Sequence record: MK250028.1
Length of the DNA: 64,000 nucleotides
Direction: 5' to 3' (one strand)
A program made the position numbers and the translations under genes. The stretch's first letter is position 1. Every line of letters starts with the position of its first letter. Positions 1-11,676 of this stretch are shown piece by piece. The notes under the pieces were generated by a model. It was not told where the DNA came from, searched no databases, and worked only from the letters and a program-made list of their open reading frames with translations.

Positions 1-2978
1 CCTGTTACAACAGTCATCACACCTGCAATTGCCGTCATTACTACAGCACCTAATGTAATAAATGGAAGAATAGGCGTCATCGCACCTAATGCAGTCATAA
101 ATGTTCCCATAATAGTTAACAAACCTATCATTGTAGCTGCACCTAAAAATACTGCGCCACCTTTATTTAAATCATCAATTTTCTTTGCTTCCCATGCGAA
201 TAAAACCATTGTTCCTCCAACAATATCCATCACTGCACCAATAGCGGACATAACAATACCACCTATAATAGTATCTGGTAAAAATTTCTCTAATTTAGAA
301 ACACCGTACATTACCAAACCCATTAGACCTAAAACACATGCCATAACAGCAGCACCTAAAAATACTGCACCACCTTCATTTAATTCTAATATTTTCTTAG
401 ATTCTATTGCAAATGCTAAACATGCAGCCCCTGTTACTAACATAACTATTGCAACTGCAGTCATAATAACTGCACCAACTGCTAATTCAACTGCATACTT
501 ATCTGCGAATTTTCCTATAAAGAATAATACAGTTCCAAATATCGCTAATGTTCCTATCACAACACCTGCACCTATTAATGCGTCGTCCCACATTTTACCA
601 ATAGGAATCAATATATCTTTAACAATCAATGATATACCTAATAAAATAAATGCCATTGCCGCTGTTGCAAATATTGCATATGCTGCTTTCTTACCATCTA
701 CTTTAGCCAAGAAATAAGTACCTGCAATAAGAGTAATAATAATGAATAATGTAATACCCATTCCTATACCGGCTTCTTTACCATTCTAACCTATAGGAAT
801 AAGTAAATCTTTTGTAATCAATGCAATACCCATATAAATAATTGCGAGAGTAGCGGTTGCAAGAACACCCCATAAAGCATCTTTACCTTTTACCATATTC
901 AATACATAAACGCCTGCAACTAATCCTGTTATTATAAACATTGTTACTATTGCACCTAAATAAACTTCAGGTGCTTTCTTTCCAATAGGTATTAAAAACG
1001 CAACAGATATAATAGCAACCAATGCAAACACAGCAGATATTTTAATAAGATTATTTACCCCTCTATCTATACGTTTACCATGTTTATCTAATGATTTAAC
1101 TGCAAATATGCCTAATGCTATAATAAAAGATATAACCAACGCACCTTTTGATACATCATCTAATCTCTTGCCAATAGGTGCCAATAATGTTGCTGACACC
1201 AAAGCTATAATTGCAAATACAGCAGAAATCTTTAACATTGCATCTGTAGCGTATGTTAATTTCTTATTACCTATTTTAGACAATTTATTAACAATGAAAA
1301 TAGTTCCAGCAGTAAATAAAGTAAGTATTCCTATAGATGCAAGTATAGTTTCCGTACTATTATTTTTAGCAGTTAACGATAATAATAACATTGATACAGA
1401 TAATGACATAATCATTATTCCAATACCAGTTAAAACACCCTGTACATTTTTAAGACTCTTATCTAATTTCTTCTCTGATAAATCTTCTATCAAACTCTTA
1501 AATCCAGAAACAGCAACTCTCATAACAATTAAACTTGCAATCACTGCAGTTAATCCAACAATCTTAGTTACAATAGATAATCCTATAATAATACCGCCTA
1601 TCATACCTATTGCTGAACTTAAACTTCTTATTATAACCTATGCTCCTTTTACATCTTTAACTTTTAATTTTTTAGCTAAATCTGTAATAGTATTCTTCAT
1701 GAATTTAATCAAATACCTAACTACTAAAACAGATTCAATTATTGTTTTAAAAGATGTTATCTTTATAGTTAAAGCAATGAATACAATACCGTATAATAAT
1801 GTTTTCAATGCATTATTCCATGCATTCATAAAAGATGATAAAACTTTAACTTGTTTTACATCCCATTTTTCTTTTAATATTGTGTTAAAGAAATCTACTA
1901 TTTTCTATGCACGTTTCTGTGTTAATGATTTTACAGCAAACATGAAATTAAGAATCTATATCTTCTTAATATCAAATATTACATTTAATAACTATACCAT
2001 ACTATTAACAGTTTGCGCAACCGTTTTATTGTCTGGTATTTCCGTTGCAAATGCGACAAAGAAACTCGCAAGCATTTTAGCAGTAATAGGATTCAATACC
2101 TTCATTACTTTAAATATAGAAAACTTCTATTCAGGATCTGCTATCTTTACTAACGGATCTAATATACCACCAATATACTTAACATTCTCACTTATTTCTT
2201 TTCCTTTTAAATATTTAGCGATCTATCCTATGAACTAACCTAATTGTCTGCCTAATAACCAACCTCTTATAGGATTAAGACTTATCTACATTTTAAAAAC
2301 ATTTGATGTTACCAATGCGGATAATCCTCCCATCAAGTCTCCAATGGGTTTAATTATTTTTTGAATATCTTTATTTTTTAATTTCGTTTTACTAATAGAC
2401 GAAACTAATGCAGATATAAATTTGCCTAAACGTTGTGCAGTTTTAACGTCAAGCTTTCCAATATTTTCCTATAACTTAATCATATCAAGAGCAACAAGTT
2501 TGGACATTGTTTCAACAACTGCTTTAATTATACCGACACTTCGTCCTACTGATTTAGAATTCTATATTGTTAACCCTTGTATAAAATCAACTATTTTTTT
2601 TGCACCTTCTGCATTTATTTCTGTCATTTTATTAATAGCTTTCAGAAAACTATCAATATTTGTAAATGTATTGTCATCAACTTTAAGACTTGATAAAACT
2701 GTATTTACATTTCCTATAGATGTGGCAACTTTATTCAAAACATCATTGTCAATCTATTCCATGGATACAAGTCCTTTTGACAACTTCTCCAACTATTCTC
2801 CAACAGTTGCTGCTGATTCCTCTTTAGCTGTCTCAACGATACCCTATAACAAACTGACTATAGTAGAATCAGCTTTCTGTTCAATAGTTTCTTTCTTTTT
2901 CTCCTATTGCTGACTTACCATAGTGTCCAAAATATTAAATATACCGTTAAGTGCTTCTTCTGAAGACATTTGTGCCAT
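1..2978 (-). CDS. Tape-measure-like, hydrophobic Ala/Gly/Ile-rich repeat protein (3' end outside window; code 15)
   Basis: ATG at 2978 (MAQMSSEEALNG). Track ORFs 1638..1829 and 786..1604 are in the same frame and join through TAG codons (e.g. 1638-1640, 786-788). The frame stays open in the stretches I translated towards base 1. Repetitive amphipathic/hydrophobic helices. Confidence 0.65.
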
Positions 2979-3001
2979 ATCGTTTTAATGTAATTTAATT
3001 T

Positions 3002-3229
3002 TTACTTAGATGTTGTTTTCTTCTTCTGAACAACATAAACAGATTTATCTTTTAATGATTTTACTGTATATATAATACCGGAGTTTTTATCATATAATGT
3101 TCCATATTCATAAGCCTTATTATTGTCACCATCTTTAATAGATGTTTTTATCCATTTATCATATTGAGGTAATGAATCTGACATAATTAAAGAATCTAAT
3201 TGAGTAGAATTTAATGTATCATTATTCAT
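3002..3229 (-). CDS. Hypothetical protein
   Basis: 75-aa ORF, TAA stop, directly upstream of the tape-measure-like gene. Confidence 0.6.
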   Translation of the reverse strand: MNNDTLNSTQLDSLIMSDSLPQYDKWIKTSIKDGDNNKAYEYGTLYDKNSGIIYTVKSLKDKSVYVVQKKKTTSK

Positions 3230-3409
3230 TGTACGTACGGATGTAATAGCAACTGAATATACAGAATCTTTTACCTAATTATTATTCTTTGTACCACATG
3301 AATTAAATGATACCATAAGGCTCAATAAAGAACCAACTAAAATATACTTTAAACTTTTCATATTTTAAGTTTATTTAACTAAATATTTAATATATTTATT
3401 TTTAGAATA

Positions 3410-3438
3410 TAGACTATATCATTATATTAATATATAAT
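3410..3438 (+). promoter_or_regulatory. Class II promoter TAGACT-N17-TATAAT
   Basis: Exact -35/-10 spacing, 30 nt upstream of the ATG at 3468; same motif recurs elsewhere. Confidence 0.6.
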
Positions 3439-3467
3439 TTATTATAAGTAAAACTATATATTCAAAT

Positions 3468-3977
3468 ATGGCAAGAAAAAAGAAAGACAATGATGAAGAA
3501 GTTGAAAAAATAAAAACTCCTAAAGCTATTGGTCCATATGACATTATATCTATGATGTTTACTAATTTTGAAGGATTCAATAAATTATCTAATACTATAT
3601 TAGATAAGAATTTCTTTATGATTAATAGAGTATTCAGTATTAAATATCCTTTACAAGGTGCATTATTTAATAGATTGAATATTAATACGGCAGGTGTTAT
3701 TAAATCATGGGCAATGTTTATATCTAATAAAGAAGGATATGGGCGTGTGCCTTATTTTGTATATACAAAAGGTGCGAAAAAATCAGCAGTTTCAACATCA
3801 AAAACTGATAAATTAGATAAAGAATTAATTAAAGAATATTGTAAACGTTATAAAATTAATCTAAAAGATTTCGATATGTTAAATTCATTATATCATGATG
3901 AATTAATTAATGATGTTAAACGATATGAAAAATTAATTTCTATTAAAGAACAAGAAAAAAATATTACAAAAAAATAA
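3468..3977 (+). CDS. Hypothetical protein
   Basis: 169-aa ORF, first of a + strand operon. Confidence 0.75.
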   Translation: MARKKKDNDEEVEKIKTPKAIGPYDIISMMFTNFEGFNKLSNTILDKNFFMINRVFSIKYPLQGALFNRLNINTAGVIKSWAMFISNKEGYGRVPYFVYTKGAKKSAVSTSKTDKLDKELIKEYCKRYKINLKDFDMLNSLYHDELINDVKRYEKLISIKEQEKNITKK

Positions 3978-3995
3978 AAATCATAATAAACAAAA

Positions 3996-4625
3996 ATGAT
4001 GAAAATTTATCCACAAGATTTAGTTAAGTCAATTCAAAAAGTAATTGACTCAGGTAAAGTTGAAATTACAACTTTTAAGGATTACAATGAGAATTTTATT
4101 AAAGAAATAAATTCATGTGAGATACATATTAAATTTACTATTGATAGTAATGACAAACGAGATGCAATTATAATTATTAATAATTCAGATATTACATCTC
4201 AATTTATTAATACATGGAGGACATCAGCACCAGGTAAATTTATGGGTCGTGATTTTAAGAAAAATAATAAAGATTTTATTGGAAACACTCTTTATCATGT
4301 AGTTAAGTTTGAACTTAATGGAGAAAAAATGATGATATTGGTTCGACTACTTAATGAGATTACTCAAGATTGTACAGTAGAGGAAACAAAAGAACTTATT
4401 GAAGAATATGGTGACCTTACAATTAGTGGAAAAATCTTTTCCCTTATTAAAATTGTAAGAGATAACAATAGAGATGGATGGAATTCATGGGATCGTTATA
4501 AATCACGTGATAATAATTATCATATGAACCTTTATGAATCTTCATCATACATTGATGAAACAGATAATGACAATGACAATGAAGAAATTTCAGATGATTC
4601 TAGTGAATCTGAACCTTTATTTTAA
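3996..4625 (+). CDS. Hypothetical protein with acidic C-terminus
   Basis: 209-aa ORF; stop overlaps next start. Confidence 0.75.
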   Translation: MMKIYPQDLVKSIQKVIDSGKVEITTFKDYNENFIKEINSCEIHIKFTIDSNDKRDAIIIINNSDITSQFINTWRTSAPGKFMGRDFKKNNKDFIGNTLYHVVKFELNGEKMMILVRLLNEITQDCTVEETKELIEEYGDLTISGKIFSLIKIVRDNNRDGWNSWDRYKSRDNNYHMNLYESSSYIDETDNDNDNEEISDDSSESEPLF

Positions 4626-5674
4626 TGATTAAAGATATATCACAAATAAAGGATAAATCTGTTAGTTTTATAAAGGAATTTATTAATAACTGTACAATAG
4701 AAGAAAAAATAGATGCTCATTATGTCATTGTTGAGATAACATCTAAACAACATATTACTATTAAAAAAGCAAATGGAAAAATAGTTGATAGAGTTGATAT
4801 GATATTAAACAATATGTGGAGTCAATTAGTCACTGATTGGAATTTTATTAAACTTGCTAATCAGGAGTTTTTTAACACACATATTGGATATAATATATCG
4901 ATGTTTTATTTTCCTAATAATAAGCCTTTACTGACAGAATATCCAGATAATATAAAATATCTTATAGATAGAATTACATATAATGACGAATTAATTAATG
5001 TAGATTCATTTGTAAATAAATTGAAATTAAAAGATAAGTTCAATATTCATATTAAACATAATTTAACAAAGAATTTATCAAATGAAATAGATACCATTAA
5101 TAAAATTAACGGTGATAGAAAATCAGATATTAATTATAAGTTATTATTTCAAAATATAATTGATAGATCTACATTATTAGCAAAAGAGCCTGAAGGATTT
5201 ATTTATAAATGGAAAAAGAATCTCTATCAGTTAACATATTATGATAGAGAAAAAATAATTCCAGAAAAAACTCAATATGAATATTTGCTTTGTGATTTTG
5301 TATCTTATTGTAAGTCACATAATTATCAAGATAAGATTCATCATAGTTATGTAAAAACCGTATGTTCTTTATTCAATGATTATATAATTAATTGGGAAGA
5401 GGTAAATCATAATATTGAAAATAATATAGATATAAACAGTATTCAATCACCATCATTAGGAACGACTTTTGATATGGGATATGAATATATACCTGATATT
5501 ATTACAATGAATTTATGCAAATCAAATGAATTATATAAAAGTATATTTAAAGTATTATTAGCGAACCTTCGTAGAGGAAAAGATAATAGTAAATGTATAT
5601 ACATGAATAAGAAACAAGTTGATGATTGGAATATTATAATGAAAAATATTAAGATTAGAACTTTAACTATTTAA
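4625..5674 (+). CDS. Hypothetical protein, weakly ligase/nucleotidyltransferase-like
   Basis: 349 aa. EEKIDA resembles motif I (KxDG) and PEGFIYK resembles motif IV (EGxxxK); other motifs not recognised. Confidence 0.35.
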   Translation: MIKDISQIKDKSVSFIKEFINNCTIEEKIDAHYVIVEITSKQHITIKKANGKIVDRVDMILNNMWSQLVTDWNFIKLANQEFFNTHIGYNISMFYFPNNKPLLTEYPDNIKYLIDRITYNDELINVDSFVNKLKLKDKFNIHIKHNLTKNLSNEIDTINKINGDRKSDINYKLLFQNIIDRSTLLAKEPEGFIYKWKKNLYQLTYYDREKIIPEKTQYEYLLCDFVSYCKSHNYQDKIHHSYVKTVCSLFNDYIINWEEVNHNIENNIDINSIQSPSLGTTFDMGYEYIPDIITMNLCKSNELYKSIFKVLLANLRRGKDNSKCIYMNKKQVDDWNIIMKNIKIRTLTI

Positions 5675-5707
5675 TAAATATATAAAATTAAATATTTTTA
5701 TAGAATT

Positions 5708-5974
5708 ATGACCCATATTCATTATAATATAACAAGTACACATGTTAATCCAGAAATTCCAGGTGATAATATAGAAATTCATGAACCAAAGGAAAAACCG
5801 GTTGAGAAAATACCTGGTTGGATGCATGTAGATCCTATAAGTACATAGATAGATTTAGAATCTGTTGCTTATCAATTATCAGATTATAAATTTACACCAG
5901 GGTTTAAAGTTACGGTAGATGATTTACTTCATCCAAAACCTTTAGATTATGAGGCAACACCTAAATTTAAATAA
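5708..5974 (+). CDS. Hypothetical protein (88 aa, one TAG=Gln)
   Basis: Open in code 15 from ATG 5708 to TAA 5972-5974, followed by a terminator. Confidence 0.55.
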
Positions 5975-5977
5975 ATG

Positions 5978-6009
5978 AAAGAGGAATAACAAGCAAGTTA
6001 TTCCTCTTT
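5978..6009. terminator. Bidirectional intrinsic terminator
   Basis: 13-bp perfect stem aaagaggaataac/gttattcctcttt between convergent genes. Confidence 0.8.
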
Positions 6010-6022
6010 TTATATTCTATAA

Positions 6023-6304
6023 TTAAATAGAATAATTAATATTCATAATATCAAAAAGTTGATTAAGATGATCTGTTGTTTGAACTTCTACAGATGCAAC
6101 AGTATTATGTTCATCATTATCAATAATACATGTCCAATTTCTTCCTACCATATTTGTTTGTAAATTATGAATAGTTATTGTAAATGTATGATTAAGTTCT
6201 CCTACAGTTTTATAAAAGTAATCTGCTTCATCAAAATCTGCAAAACCTTTATCATGATTATATTCAAATTTATGAAATAAAAGTAAATCCTTTGTAATAT
6301 CCAT
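6023..6304 (-). CDS. Hypothetical protein
   Basis: 93-aa ORF, TAG-free. Confidence 0.7.
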   Translation of the reverse strand: MDITKDLLLFHKFEYNHDKGFADFDEADYFYKTVGELNHTFTITIHNLQTNMVGRNWTCIIDNDEHNTVASVEVQTTDHLNQLFDIMNINYSI

Positions 6305-6314
6305 GTTTAATTAT

Positions 6315-7169
6315 TTAATCTTCATCATTTAAATCCTCAAATTCTTCATATGATAATAGTAATTTATCATATTCTTTAATCATTGTAGATAAAATTTGTT
6401 TTTGCTCTGATACATACTGTTTATCAAAATGCCAACATTGTCCTGCATATTTACATGGAATAAACATACCGTTTTGACTTTCTAACATTATACAGAATGA
6501 TGCCCAATTTACAACTGATTCTGAAAGTTCTTTCCAATTTATAGTTGAATTATTATAAAAACTCATAACACCATTCATTTGAGAAAATTGATTCCAACAA
6601 TAATTATATGGCATATAGTCTCTATATTCATCACTATTTAAATCTGTGACAACAAATAGTATACCTCCAGTAAATTCATTAAATACATTATCGCCTACAC
6701 CAATCAATTCCAAACATTTCTTCATCTTTGGAATTTCATATGTCATTGCTTTATATATAGAATATTTCTCATATATAACAGTATATTCATATTTTTCTGA
6801 AGTATGAAATACTGAACACATTTTTGTTATATTTTCAAAAAGTGTTTTAATATTATCTTTTTGTTCTTCATATGAAACATATTTATTATAATCTCTTAAT
6901 ATTGTATATATAATATCATTAAATTTCATATGTAATTTCCCTTCTATCATTCGTGTAGTTTCATCCTCTTCATATTCAAAATCATCACTACCTCCATACT
7001 CATCCATATATCCTATAACAGGAATATGCATAGGTATTAATGGACTTTCTAAATAAGTAGGATTATTTCCAAGTTTATGCTTATTTCTACGACAAATAAT
7101 AGCAATTACTTTCTCTCTATTCCTTATTGGAATTCTTGAATGAAATCCAGATACGCAAAAATCACCCAT
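6315..7169 (-). CDS. Hypothetical protein
   Basis: 284-aa ORF, TAG-free. Confidence 0.75.
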   Translation of the reverse strand: MGDFCVSGFHSRIPIRNREKVIAIICRRNKHKLGNNPTYLESPLIPMHIPVIGYMDEYGGSDDFEYEEDETTRMIEGKLHMKFNDIIYTILRDYNKYVSYEEQKDNIKTLFENITKMCSVFHTSEKYEYTVIYEKYSIYKAMTYEIPKMKKCLELIGVGDNVFNEFTGGILFVVTDLNSDEYRDYMPYNYCWNQFSQMNGVMSFYNNSTINWKELSESVVNWASFCIMLESQNGMFIPCKYAGQCWHFDKQYVSEQKQILSTMIKEYDKLLLSYEEFEDLNDED

Positions 7170-7172
7170 AAC

Positions 7173-7658
7173 TTATTTTAAATTATTAATATAATCAGCC
7201 ATCTTAGTTTTCCAATTGTTTGCCTTTGCAATATGACAAATATAGTTAACTGCATACTCAAAACAATTTTCTAATGTATTCCATGTCATATCAAATGAAT
7301 GTGGATTTTCACCAAGAGTTTGTGCAAACTTACTTGAATATATAATATCAAAATACCAATCTTTATGCTCTCTATTATATCCAGGCTCGATAATAATACC
7401 AAGATGTTTTTCTAACCAATCAACTGCTTCAAATACAGTAGGTGCTGGAATCCAATTAGGCGACGGATATTCAACTTCCCATTCTTTATCGCGTTGACAC
7501 AGATCTCCAGTATGCCATGTACGTTCAGCAACAGTTTCACCATTCTTTGATTTAACACCTTTAATACCAATTGGTGTATTCATATACAAATCTTCTGTAT
7601 ATTCATCGAATCCTAATTTATTAAGAATTTGTGAAGATGCAAAATTAATATGTTTCAT
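7173..7658 (-). CDS. Hypothetical protein
   Basis: 161-aa ORF directly below a class I promoter. Confidence 0.75.
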   Translation of the reverse strand: MKHINFASSQILNKLGFDEYTEDLYMNTPIGIKGVKSKNGETVAERTWHTGDLCQRDKEWEVEYPSPNWIPAPTVFEAVDWLEKHLGIIIEPGYNREHKDWYFDIIYSSKFAQTLGENPHSFDMTWNTLENCFEYAVNYICHIAKANNWKTKMADYINNLK

Positions 7659-7681
7659 AATTATTTTATTTTATATTACAT

Positions 7682-7693
7682 TACAAAGATACA
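7682..7693 (-). promoter_or_regulatory. Class I promoter TGTATCTTTGTA (Bacteroidota sigma-A -7 element TAnnTTTG)
   Basis: Identical 12-mer found 9 times, always upstream of minus-strand units. Confidence 0.75.
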
Positions 7694-7717
7694 TATAATT
7701 TTGGAATATAAAAAATA

Positions 7718-8155
7718 TTACTTATCTTTTTCTTCTGCATCTACATATTTCCAATACTGTTCTATTATCTTATTCCATAATAATTCATATGAAAACCCAT
7801 AATTATTATCAGGTCCAAATACTTTCATTTCATTTGAAGTAACCACATAATTGATTTGATATTTTCCCCTTTTTATTTTAAAAAAATTATCTTCATTTAA
7901 TTCGTCTGAACCAGTATAACTAAATATTCTAATATTATAATGTTTACTTGATGTTATATGAACGCATGCATATAAATATGGTTGATAGTTTATTTTATAT
8001 ACATAATATGTATTTTCACAAATTTTATTAAATAGCCATTGTATACATTGTACATCACAAAAATCCGGTATTTCTTTATTAAATGGTGGAAATACAATAT
8101 TTTCATCCATTACAGGCTTATCTTTTTTCTTAAATATGTTATTAAACAGTTTCAT
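7718..8155 (-). CDS. Hypothetical protein
   Basis: 145-aa ORF. Confidence 0.7.
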   Translation of the reverse strand: MKLFNNIFKKKDKPVMDENIVFPPFNKEIPDFCDVQCIQWLFNKICENTYYVYKINYQPYLYACVHITSSKHYNIRIFSYTGSDELNEDNFFKIKRGKYQINYVVTSNEMKVFGPDNNYGFSYELLWNKIIEQYWKYVDAEEKDK

Positions 8156-8158
8156 TAT

Positions 8159-8827
8159 TCAATCTTTAATAATTTTTAAATCATCTGGTATATAACAATC
8201 ACTACCTAAATATTTAATATATTCTTTAACTGGTTTCTTTACTTTTTTCCAATATAGTAAGTTATTATCTTTGCTTTGATAATATATATAACTATCAAAA
8301 TATGTTATTTCTTCAATATTTCCATTATGTTCAACTTTACATACTTTATAATTATCTTCATCGAAATAACTTGCAAGATCCATCCATACTAATAAATCTT
8401 CTAATATCATTATTGACAACGGTGAAGTGTTATATGTATTAGTTTTTTTCTTTTCATATATAATATTTCCATTATTATCTTTCAATACTGTTAATCCTTT
8501 ATAATCACCTGTAATTTGCCAATTTGGATTATCAATAAAATATTGTAATAAAAATTCTAATGGTTTTCGCTCGTCTTGGTTTATAGAATAATCTATTGAA
8601 AAATTATATTCACTAAACCTTAAATTATCTTCTATACATTGTCGTATGTCTATAGCAAAATGTTGCTTCTAATCATGTGTTAATGTATAATATTCATATT
8701 TAGCAATATTTAATGCATGTTGATGTGCGGCTATTGTATGTCTACCAATTGCATATCTATATGACATCCATACTAAATCTTCATGATAACTTTTATCAAA
8801 TATATTATCCTAATCTTTTTTCTTCAT
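8159..8827 (-). CDS. Hypothetical protein (222 aa, code 15)
   Basis: ATG 8827 (MKKKDQDNIF); two TAG codons read through into track ORF 8159..8485. Confidence 0.65.
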
Positions 8828-8916
8828 ATAAAATAAAAAAGTCTATTTATAATTATATAAAAATATACATAAGTTGTTTATTAATAAATATAATAAATAA
8901 AAATAAACTAATTATC

Positions 8917-9819
8917 ATGAAATTCATTAAATTATTTGATAATAAAGAATAGTTAGATAATTATGCCAATGGAATTTCACATCGAGATGGTGCATTTATA
9001 CTATCTGAAAAAAAAAAAGAGAAACTAAGTATTATTGATGAAAGACATCCAGGTCCAAACTGTATTTATGTATAGGATTTAAATATGTCTCCATTATCAT
9101 TAGAATCAAATTCGTCGAAAGATGTAAAAGTTGGCTCAATATTATATGTAAACACTAATAATAAGTTAACATTAAATAATGAACCTGGTAATATGGCAAT
9201 TGCTATATGTGTATGTCCATCAGTTACAGAAGATTTTGAAGCTGGTAATTCAACAGGTGAAAGTAAAGTAAAAACTGCACGTTTTTGTAGTCTTTACTAT
9301 ATGAATTAGGATATAGTAGGTACTGCTAGTATTAATGATACAACAGTATAGTTTAATATGAAAGGATATACTATAGGAAATACATATGGTAATAGATCTA
9401 GTACTAGTTATATTGGTGGTAAAAAAAATACATAGATATTAGTAGAAAAATCATCATATTATTATGATACTAAAAGATTATTATGTAATATATCATTTTC
9501 TAATAGTTATAATGGTGTTTTTCTTGGCTGTAATGCTGCAGTTTCTGCTGCTGTATATAGTATACGTGGTACAAAAAGAGGTGATTGGTATTTACCATCA
9601 GTGGGAGAATTAAAAGAGATGTATAGTAAAATTTCCATAATCAATCCTATTAGAAAACAACTAGTTAATGAAGAATACAAAATGTAGGGGCATTATTGGA
9701 CAAGTTATGAATATAATGCAGACAATGAATCTGCAATATTATTCACCAATGGTGCTATAACATATGCTGATAAAAAAATGAGTAAAAGAGTAATACCATT
9801 TTTAGCAGTTTCTATATAA
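8917..9819 (+). CDS. Virion/adhesin-like protein with C-terminal DUF1566/C-type-lectin-like domain (300 aa, code 15)
   Basis: Single frame through 6 TAG codons. C-terminus GDWYLPSVGELKEMY...HYWTSYEY...RVIPFLAV matches the WYLPSxxEL/YWSS pattern. Confidence 0.6.
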
Positions 9820-9825
9820 AATATT

Positions 9826-9858
9826 AAGGTGATAATATTTTTGAAATATTATCACCTT
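9826..9858. terminator. Bidirectional intrinsic terminator
   Basis: 15-bp perfect stem between convergent genes. Confidence 0.8.
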
Positions 9859-9865
9859 ATTTAAT

Positions 9866-10546
9866 TTACTTCTTATATAAAATATTATCAATCATTCCTT
9901 TAGAACCATATGATTTTGCTTCTTCTGCTGTCATCCAAAAATCTCTATCTGCATCAGATTTAATTTTTTTCATTGTTTGCCCAGAATGATTTGCAATAAT
10001 ATCATAAAGTTCTGTTTTTAACTTATTTATTTCTTTACATGTAATTTCTATATCACTTGCTTGGGTATGATCTCCAGTAGATGACATAGGTTGGTGAATC
10101 ATTACACGTGAATGTGGTAATGCGTATCTCTTTCCTTCAGTTCCTGCACAAAGTAATATACTAGCCATACTAGCTGCCATACCGGCACATATAGTAGATA
10201 CATCAGACCTTATAAATTGCATTGTATCATATATCTCTAATCCTGAATATACATCACCACCTGGTGAATTAATATAAATAGAAATATCAGTATTATCTAC
10301 ATTATCAAGATATAATAATTGAGATGTAATAATATTAGCACTTTCTGCTGTTACAGGATTACCTAAGAAAATAATTCTATCCATCATCAATCTTGAGAAT
10401 ACATCCATTTGTGATACGTTAAGTTGTCGTTCCTCAAGTATAGTAGGATTTTGATAACCCATATTTATACCATTCATATAATCATGTAAGTAAAGACTAC
10501 TTACATTTCTTGAATTCATAAACTTTTCAAAATCAGTTTTAATCAT
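9866..10546 (-). CDS. clpP: ClpP protease proteolytic subunit
   Basis: MDVFSRLMMDRIIFLG, YINSPGG, GMAASMAS (Ser), VMIHQP (His), DRDFWM (Asp). Confidence 0.95.
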   Translation of the reverse strand: MIKTDFEKFMNSRNVSSLYLHDYMNGINMGYQNPTILEERQLNVSQMDVFSRLMMDRIIFLGNPVTAESANIITSQLLYLDNVDNTDISIYINSPGGDVYSGLEIYDTMQFIRSDVSTICAGMAASMASILLCAGTEGKRYALPHSRVMIHQPMSSTGDHTQASDIEITCKEINKLKTELYDIIANHSGQTMKKIKSDADRDFWMTAEEAKSYGSKGMIDNILYKK

Positions 10547-11039
10547 CTATATTATAGTATTTCTTTCTAAAACATTTTTTTAGTAATGATACAACATGAA
10601 TATTAGGAAATTCACAAGGATTATTAGGATTTGTTTCATTATAAATATCGGGATAACAATCTAATATAAATTTAACAACTCCTTGAGATCTAGATACTCC
10701 AGCTGAACAATGAACATAAATATCTTTTCCTAAATTATTCTCTATAAAATTAAATAATTCATTTGCTTGATTATCTGTTAATCCTTTAATTGAATTTGCA
10801 TATTTAATTTCATCTTCTGTTATATCATCTCCATATGCATATAATAAATTATAATCTGTAATATCATAAAAGTCTAAATTAATAACATTATCTCTTGATT
10901 TAAATATATGATATTCATCTTTTGCATTTGGTTCACATATAGATATTATTGCTATATTATCTGGTAATGTATTGTTATCCCATTTATTTTTATTCATTAA
11001 CGATTTAAATCCGTCAAATCCTGTACACCAAATTTTCAT
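10539..11039 (-). CDS. Protein-tyrosine/dual-specificity phosphatase-like protein
   Basis: YVHCSAGVSRS = HCxxGxxR P-loop. Confidence 0.75.
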   Translation of the reverse strand: MKIWCTGFDGFKSLMNKNKWDNNTLPDNIAIISICEPNAKDEYHIFKSRDNVINLDFYDITDYNLLYAYGDDITEDEIKYANSIKGLTDNQANELFNFIENNLGKDIYVHCSAGVSRSQGVVKFILDCYPDIYNETNPNNPCEFPNIHVVSLLKKCFRKKYYNIDD

Positions 11040-11674
11040 AATTTACTTAATTGAATTTCTAATTCATGTATATGTGATAATTCTTTATCTATCTCATCAT
11101 TTAAATAATCTATTCTATCTTGTGATTTTTTAATTAAACGTTTAAGTTCATCTGATAATATATTATTTTCATCAAAATAATTTGAAATAATTTTTTTAAT
11201 ATTATCTATTCCGTTAACAAATGTTTTAAATTCATCATCTGTTAATTTAAAAGAAATTTGATTATTTAAATTATAAACATATATTTTTTCTTTTAATGAT
11301 TTACATTCTTTTAAAAAGAGTTCTATATTTTCATCTATTATAAAATCTAAATCATAATCAGTAAATTTGACAAAAGTATTAATTTCAAAATTATCATACT
11401 TTGGATTAATAAATACGTCGTTAAATATATAATTTACATAATAGAATAAATCAACTCCATAAATATCATGAAACGAATCTGTATGACATACTATAAAATC
11501 TCCTAATTTCATATTAGAAAAATATCCATAATCGAAATCAAATATTTTTATTGTTCTATTTAATAAATCAATTGGTATATTATCTTTTAAAATTTTAGGA
11601 AAATCATTTTCATCAGGACATTCTAATAATTTATGAATATCCTGATATATGTTTTTTAATTTCTCATATTCCAT
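11036..11674 (-). CDS. Hypothetical protein
   Basis: 212-aa ORF with coiled-coil C-terminus. Confidence 0.7.
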   Translation of the reverse strand: MEYEKLKNIYQDIHKLLECPDENDFPKILKDNIPIDLLNRTIKIFDFDYGYFSNMKLGDFIVCHTDSFHDIYGVDLFYYVNYIFNDVFINPKYDNFEINTFVKFTDYDLDFIIDENIELFLKECKSLKEKIYVYNLNNQISFKLTDDEFKTFVNGIDNIKKIISNYFDENNILSDELKRLIKKSQDRIDYLNDEIDKELSHIHELEIQLSKL

Positions 11675-11676
11675 AT

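Noticed and set aside
1108-2913. Long + strand track ORFs 1108..2238 and 2422..2913
   Set aside because: Antisense shadows of the code-15 tape-measure-like gene; no recognisable motifs
9008-9018. A11 tract in the DUF1566-like gene as a phase-variation switch
   Set aside because: The gene is in frame, and a run of this length is roughly expected by chance in 64 kb of such AT-rich DNA
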